Positions 51,625 through 64,000 of a stretch of DNA of 64,000 nt are shown in pieces. The notes below the pieces were generated by a model that saw only the letters and a program-made list of their open reading frames with translations, made no database searches and had not been told where the DNA came from. The first letter of the stretch is position 1, and every line of letters starts with the position of its first letter. The stretch is from Blastocystis sp. Blastoise (taxonomy: Eukaryota; Protista; Bigyra: Opalinata). The stretch covers positions 806,001 through 870,000 of the forward strand of contig JBBPEB010000009.1 of assembly GCA_039096225.1 (NCBI GenBank), given 5' to 3'. The translations under genes were made by a program, and so were the position numbers.

Positions 51625-53199
51625 TTATTTCAGTACTGTATCTATATGTGTTTCATCTTGAATAGAAGACGCTCTATGGTAGTCTTTTTGTCTGTCTTTG
51701 GATCCATCAAGATCTTTACGATAGCAGAAAAAGACTATAATACCAAGAATAGCAGATAAGAAATCCGATATAGGATAAGCAATAAAACAACCCCAGTAAT
51801 CATGTCGAATTTCACATACTATGACTTGAATAACAATATAGAAAACACATTGTTTACAGACAATTAAGATAGCAGCTGTTATTCCATATCCACAACATTG
51901 TAATGTAGGGTACATAATTAACACAAATGGACAAAATACAAGACCTGATGTCACATATCTCATTGCTGGAGTAAATACATTTAAGAAACCTTCACTACCT
52001 CCAAAAGCTTTACCAATATATTCTGCTGAAAAGAATCCTATAATTGTAAGAAGAAGAGCTAACGTAATTGAGCATAAGAAAGCTACTTTCATACAATTCA
52101 TATGTCTAGTATATAATTTAGCACCTCTACAATAGGATAAAATAGGCATCATTCCCGTAGAAATAGATAACATAGGAAGAAAACAAAAATATGTAATTTT
52201 TCCAATAGCTCCTGAAACAGCGATAGCTTCTGTAGTTTCAATACTATCAGAACCATAAGGAGAATAATATAAAATCAATCGATTCGTTACACTATTTAAT
52301 ACCGCTGTTGAGAAAGCAGAACAAAAGCCAGAAATACCTATATTTAATACAGGTTTCATTAATTTCCAATGAGGACGAATCTCTTTGAATTTCAAAGTTA
52401 CAGCTGATTTTTTAAGTATAAAATAAAATAAACAACATAATGCAGAAAGACCATAACCACTTATAGTAGCAATAGCAGCTCCTGTAACTCCCATCTTAGC
52501 TATTCCTATTAATAAAGGATCTAAGACAATATTCACAATAAACCCAGTAATAAGAATACAAGCACTAAATAATGCAGATCCTTCATTTCGAATAATAGTA
52601 CTTCCTCCTATACTAAATATATAAAATAATATACCAGAACTTATGATAATAAAGTAAATCTGTGAAGATTGAAGAGTATTTGTTTTTTCAGAAGCACCAA
52701 GGAGACGTAAAAGAGGATTCGATATTCCCCAATAAACAAAAGGAATAATAATACCTGTACATAAACATAATATGAAGAAATTATAAATAACTGATTTTGC
52801 ATCTTCAAGACAACCTTTTCCTAATGATCGAGAATACATTGCACCGGAACCAATACTATAAAATAAACATATACCAAAAATAAGTCCTTGAACAAGGGGA
52901 GTCGCATATGAAATAGATGCTAAGGCTGCATTTCTTTCTTCTTCTGTATCTCCTGCTAAATTACCTATGAACATACTATCTACAACAGAATAAGCAGCTT
53001 CTGCTAATTTCTCAACAAGATCTGGGTACGTGAGAATCCACATTGTATAGAGAAGAGGAGAATCTCCAAGGAAACTTGTTTTTGAAGCCTTTTTAGTCTC
53101 TTCAGACATCGTATTAATCTCTGGATTTTCTTTTTCAGGATCAACCGTCATCGGACTGTTGGCTGGAGTTATAGTTGTATCCTTTTCATCAAAAGACAT
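51625..53199 (-). CDS. MATE-family efflux transporter (bacterial MepA-like), intronless
   Basis: YSVVDSMFIG, IRNEGSA, NIVLDPLLI..MGVTGAAIAT, GMMPILSYCRGAK and about 12 TM segments. Confidence 0.92.
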   Translation of the reverse strand: MSFDEKDTTITPANSPMTVDPEKENPEINTMSEETKKASKTSFLGDSPLLYTMWILTYPDLVEKLAEAAYSVVDSMFIGNLAGDTEEERNAALASISYATPLVQGLIFGICLFYSIGSGAMYSRSLGKGCLEDAKSVIYNFFILCLCTGIIIPFVYWGISNPLLRLLGASEKTNTLQSSQIYFIIISSGILFYIFSIGGSTIIRNEGSALFSACILITGFIVNIVLDPLLIGIAKMGVTGAAIATISGYGLSALCCLFYFILKKSAVTLKFKEIRPHWKLMKPVLNIGISGFCSAFSTAVLNSVTNRLILYYSPYGSDSIETTEAIAVSGAIGKITYFCFLPMLSISTGMMPILSYCRGAKLYTRHMNCMKVAFLCSITLALLLTIIGFFSAEYIGKAFGGSEGFLNVFTPAMRYVTSGLVFCPFVLIMYPTLQCCGYGITAAILIVCKQCVFYIVIQVIVCEIRHDYWGCFIAYPISDFLSAILGIIVFFCYRKDLDGSKDRQKDYHRASSIQDETHIDTVLK

Positions 53200-53798
53200 G
53201 ATAGAATAACCTATACCTAGGATTAAGATGAATATTTATGAACTCATACACGAGATATATGGATAAAAATAGAAAATGTAGAAAGAGAGAAGTTAATAAA
53301 GGTCTGGTTTTATAATTGTGATTATTTTCCAAATAACGCTTGCTAATTAGAATTTTCACGAAATCAAATGAAAAGATGAAAAAGAGAAATTTTATTAGTG
53401 TTTCATGTTAAATTTCTTGTTGAATAACGAGAGATCAGTTAAATTATTCCAATTACTTGACAAAAACTTGATTGCTCTATGTTGGTATAATTATTTAATT
53501 AATAAAGTCGAAATTGAATTCAATTATGTATTGAATAACAAATTTTTATGATGGATCAAGTCAATCAATGGGTAAAAACATTGAGAATGATCTGAAATAA
53601 TAAAAATTAAATGAATAAAATAGTATTTTTTGTAATAAAAATAATTTTAAAGAAGAATTCGTTATTTCAAATGAAATAAAAAGGAAAATATATGTTAAAA
53701 ACTAACAACTAATTAAATGAATGTACATAGATTTTTAAATAACAAATTAATAAAACAAATAAAACGGATCTAATATAAAAGTTGAGCAAGAACAAAAA

Positions 53799-57030
<3,232 letters not shown>

Positions 57031-57615
57031 AGTTTGTAGAAGCAAGCTATACTAAATATAAGTTGTAATTATCTGAGTGTAGGAAATACTTTTCGAATAT
57101 TTTTGTGTGGTTTGTTTTTTATTTTTGTTTTCTGTTATCATGTCCCTATTCTTGTTTATTTTCATTTTATTGTATTGCTACCGGTGAATATGTGAAATGA
57201 TACAATTCAATATTTGGCTATATTGTTCCTTTATTGCATTTGACTTGTGAATGTATACTTATTATACAAAATAAAAGTTCTAAAAATGTTGAAACTTGTG
57301 CTTTCAGTAATTATGAATGATGTAGAAGTTGCTATTATTGTGATGATTCATTTACATTTGTTATGAAAATAAAATAGTGCTATTTTAATGTTGCTATAAA
57401 TTGAAACAAATGTGCTCTATTAAATATATAATATAAGCTATTGACTAACTGTCATAAACAATGTTTTGTGTGTGAAATGTAAGATGTACATAGCAAAGCA
57501 ATATTTTAACCTTAATATATATAGTTAAAAAAAAATATAATCAAATAAAAACTAACAATTATTAATAATAAAAAGCCATAAACAAAATAATAAAAAAAAA
57601 AATCTATATATATAA

Positions 57616-58413
57616 TTATTCATTTTCATCATTTGATTCTTCCCCTATATATTCTTCTTCTTCTTCTTCTTCTTCTTCTTTATTATTTTCTTTATCAATA
57701 TCGATAATAACATTATTTGTTCCATAAACTTCTATTTCATCTATTGTAAATAATGATTGTGTTTTACCGTTTCCAGTTCCCGTGAATAATTTCATTCCAT
57801 ATTCTGTTGGATTTGGAAATGAACGTTTTCCTGTAAAACTAGAATATCCCGTTTTCTTTTCATTTATTATATTATTTGTATTCACACAAAGATCATAATT
57901 ATTTTCATCTTCCTTAAATCCAAATACAGGACCATTTAAGCGTCGATTAATATGACTGAATTCTGATTTATATGCTTTATATTTTGAAGGAGAGATACGA
58001 TATGGGTTTTTTAATGTGAATAAAAATGCTTTTGGATCTTGAACTGGCTTATTCACTATATATAATAAATATATATTATTTATAATATATATATTTATTA
58101 TATATAATAAATATATATATTATATATAATAAATATATATATTGTTTATAATAAATATATATATTATATATAATAAATATAACAATATATATGTATTTTA
58201 TCATTTATATATAAATATAACTATATAATTAGTTATATACATGCATTAGTCCAAGAAACAGACGTATAACCTCCAAAAATACATTTACTATTATTATCTT
58301 TGCTTCGAATGAAAACGATAGTTTCCCCGCGATTATCGCAACAACGATGAAAATCACTAGCATTAAATCCGTCTTTTGAACCTCTATATATAATTAATAA
58401 TAAGAATATCTGC

Positions 58414-58444
<31 letters not shown>

Positions 58445-59563
58445 TTAGATAGAAAGAAAAGTATATAGTAAAATAATATATAAATAAATAAATATGTATA
58501 TCCTAAATAAAAAAAATAATATTTATAATATATATCTATTTAATAATAACAAACTTCTAATATATATATACCTATATAATAAAATCCATTGTTTTTGAAA
58601 TCCTAACCATTCAGCGACTATATATGCAAAAGAATCATTCATTATTTTAGATCGTGGAAACTGATAATTATAATACACAATTTTATTCATTTCTTGTTGG
58701 TTATGAAGTATATTAAATATATGAAATTCTTCTCTTATTAATTTTAATTTCTCAAGTGTACGATCTTGATTCTCTATATATATATTACCTTCAGATATAT
58801 AATTCGATATATATTTAAAAAAATGAATATTTTTTGAAAGTAATAATTCATCTGTATCAACATCATATTTCATACGCTTCGATAGTGTATCACAAAATTG
58901 ATCTATTGATATATTTCGTTTATGAATATCAACTTTTGAAATAGAATAACATTTTTGCATATCAAATATATCTATTGATTTTTTCTTCATTTTATTCTTT
59001 ATTACATCAACTAAACTGTGTTTCTCTAGCACAAAAGGAGGATCAATAGCGTAGAAGGAATATTCATTATATAAGTCATATTTCTGTTGTTCTTTCAATG
59101 TAGAAATATCGATTTGTTTTCCTAACATCGTTTCATATATATATTGAAAGTATAGTTCTGAGTGATCTATATATATAGTTCCATCATTATTTTTAGCATC
59201 CTTATCAAGATATAATGTACAAAGTAATGAAGATGGGAATTTGAGCAGTGTACTTTTAGGAATACTCCATTGATTCTTATTCTCCTGAAAAACAAATAAT
59301 CCATCAGAGTTATCTGAATATTCAATTCGCTTCATAATGATGAATTGTGAAGGACTTGTTTGAAGATCATGAAGAGATTGCTTTATTGATAGCTTTATTG
59401 AATCTAGCTCAGTATCTATACTATTCTGAATATCATCATTATTTTGAATATTAAATGTAATCGAGTGATCAATCATTTGTTCAAGTGATTTCAGCTTCTT
59501 AATATATTTATTGAAATCACTATGAACACATTCAATTAATTCTTCTTTCTTTACAGGTTCCAT
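57616..59563 (-). CDS. BTB/POZ (KCTD-like) + TLDc domain protein, 3 exons
   Basis: TLLKFPSSLL..DGTIYID..YFQYI (BTB). WILLYRGSKDGFNASDFHRCCDNRGET..IFGGYTSVSW, AFLFTL, GPVFG and EIEVY (TLDc). Confidence 0.9.
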
Positions 59564-60055
59564 CAATCTCTAGAGAAATTTTTATGAATTCAAAAAATAT
59601 ATATTTCTTTGATAAGAATAATGTTGTTTCTATAAATGTGTTGCCAGACAAAACAATTATTTTACAGATAAACGATTATATATTAGACTATATCAGAAAA
59701 ACATGGAGATACTATTATCTTGAGATAAAAAAATATTATATAGAAAAAATAGTAATAGGACAATTATTGTTGAATCAAATAATGAAAATAGAAAAACTAA
59801 TAGTATAAATATAAAAATCATTTAAAAGTATTAACATTACAATATATATTAAAATACATAAAAAATAATTTACTTTTTAAGGTAATATATATTGTATATA
59901 CTTAATTGTATAAAAGAAAAATAAATTATGAAAATGATAGATAAAAACACACAAAAACAACTGTAAATAAAAGAGTTTGTAGATTAGATTATGAAATAAT
60001 TCTATTTATATAGTATATATACTAATCATATTTAAATAGATTCTGAAGAATACGT

Positions 60056-62616
<2,561 letters not shown>

Positions 62617-63389
62617 TGTGAATGTGTAATAAAGAATAAATGTTTAGAAAACAGTAATCTCGTTTATAAAATTCCATCCAAAGAAAAATAAAAGGAGAAA
62701 CTCATCAAAATGGGAAATCATCCCATTTACAATTCTACTTTGCATTTCTCCCATGAAAATCCCTTTTCTACTCATTCTGCGTCATTTGATTGGCTAACCA
62801 AACGAAAAACCATACAAAGGGATTTGTGTGCTATTTGTATTTCTCATTTCGTTAAAAAAATAAGAATTGTTGTGTATGTTTTCTTTTTGGTTTATAGAAG
62901 TTTTTATGATAAATAAGATCATGGATCTTTGGTGATAGCTAATAATCACATATATAAATATGTTGAGCGTATATTTGGTGAAAAACATGCATACTATTTT
63001 ATATTTAAATTAGTATAATTGTGACCATTTAAACTGTTTTTGTGTGTTAAGAATATATGTAAATAGTTCATTATTTTATTTAAAAAAAAATGAGAATGAA
63101 CAATAGAGAGATTAATCCAGTATTTTAAAATAAAAAAAAAATGTTAAATATAAGTTTTCTTTATGTTAATAATATACTTTTATAGAACTAAACAATAAAT
63201 AAAAACTAAAATATTTCATTACATATAAAAAGCAATGAAATACAAATAGAAGCAAGGGAAAAAAATAGGAAAAAGAATATATTAAAATACAAAAAGTAGT
63301 AGTTTATAAAAATATATAAATTGATTTGAAATAATGTCACAAGTGTATTTAATAAATTGTATAATAGTTATTGATCAATAATATTTTCT

Positions 63390-63477
63390 TTATATACGAG
63401 TAATATAAGCACCAGAACGACTTACATAACGTAAATACTTTTGACTAGATAATAAAGATAATAAAGATAATAATAAT

Positions 63478-63533
<56 letters not shown>

Positions 63534-64000
63534 TTGATAGGAGTCATCATTGGAAGTGACTTCAAGACCATTAATACGAAGTTGAGATAAATTATAATTT
63601 AACATAACATAAGTGACATTAATAGGACTCATTTCCTTGATAGTAAAAGCATCCGAAGGTTTCGTTAAATTGATAATAATATGTAAATAATGTTCATTAG
63701 GAGCAGTATATCCCTTTATATACCATAAAATCTTCTTCTTTATCTCACTATATTCAGCAACCTATATATATATGTTATTACTATCTCCATATTTTATAAT
63801 GAATATACTCTTTAAAGAAATATTTTTATATAATTAACAAATATTTAATATAAATAATAATAATAATATAATAATAATATAATAACAATATATATATATA
63901 TATATACTTGTCCTTGAATATCTTTCGGTAATTCTACTTTACAACCAGAGAGAGTAGAAGGAACATTCATACTTATTGCTATTTCACGAATCTTAGTTTC
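63390..64000 (-). CDS. 3' end of an adaptor-protein complex mu subunit (AP-4 mu-like), partial
   Basis: AEYSEIKKKILWYIK, SPINVTYVMLNYNLSQLRINGL, KYLRYVSRSGAYITRI-stop match the mu-homology-domain C-terminus. Confidence 0.75.

Overview
Very AT-rich (roughly 20% GC by eye), intron-dense eukaryotic nuclear DNA. It is not bacterial. Gene content (alpha-actinin, Rab5, AP-mu, CDC27-like TPR, SLC25 carrier, BTB-TLDc, several bacterial-type transporters) suggests an anaerobic gut protist, possibly an AT-rich Blastocystis-like stramenopile, but this is inference only. I reconstructed 21 protein-coding genes and one tRNA-Gly(GCC) by hand-splicing. Most short ORFs in the supplied track are exon fragments or microsatellite artefacts. 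Main observations: (1) a ~4,900-aa divergent midasin-like protein with three N-terminal ubiquitin-like domains, six AAA modules, two VWA-like domains and an extra C-terminal domain, mostly encoded by a single 13.3-kb exon; (2) two clear U12-type AT-AC introns, one of them in a bacterial-type DUF1648/DUF5808 gene (candidate de novo minor-intron gain); (3) five introns whose reading frames join best or only through non-canonical ends (CT-AG, TT-AG, AT-AG, AT-TG, GT-TG), four of them with donors that copy the start of the next exon, which is either unusual splicing or gene conversion, or a polishing artefact; (4) a stand-alone HPt phosphorelay gene; (5) very long pure (AAT)n poly-Asn coding tracts. 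All family assignments come from motif recognition, not database searches.
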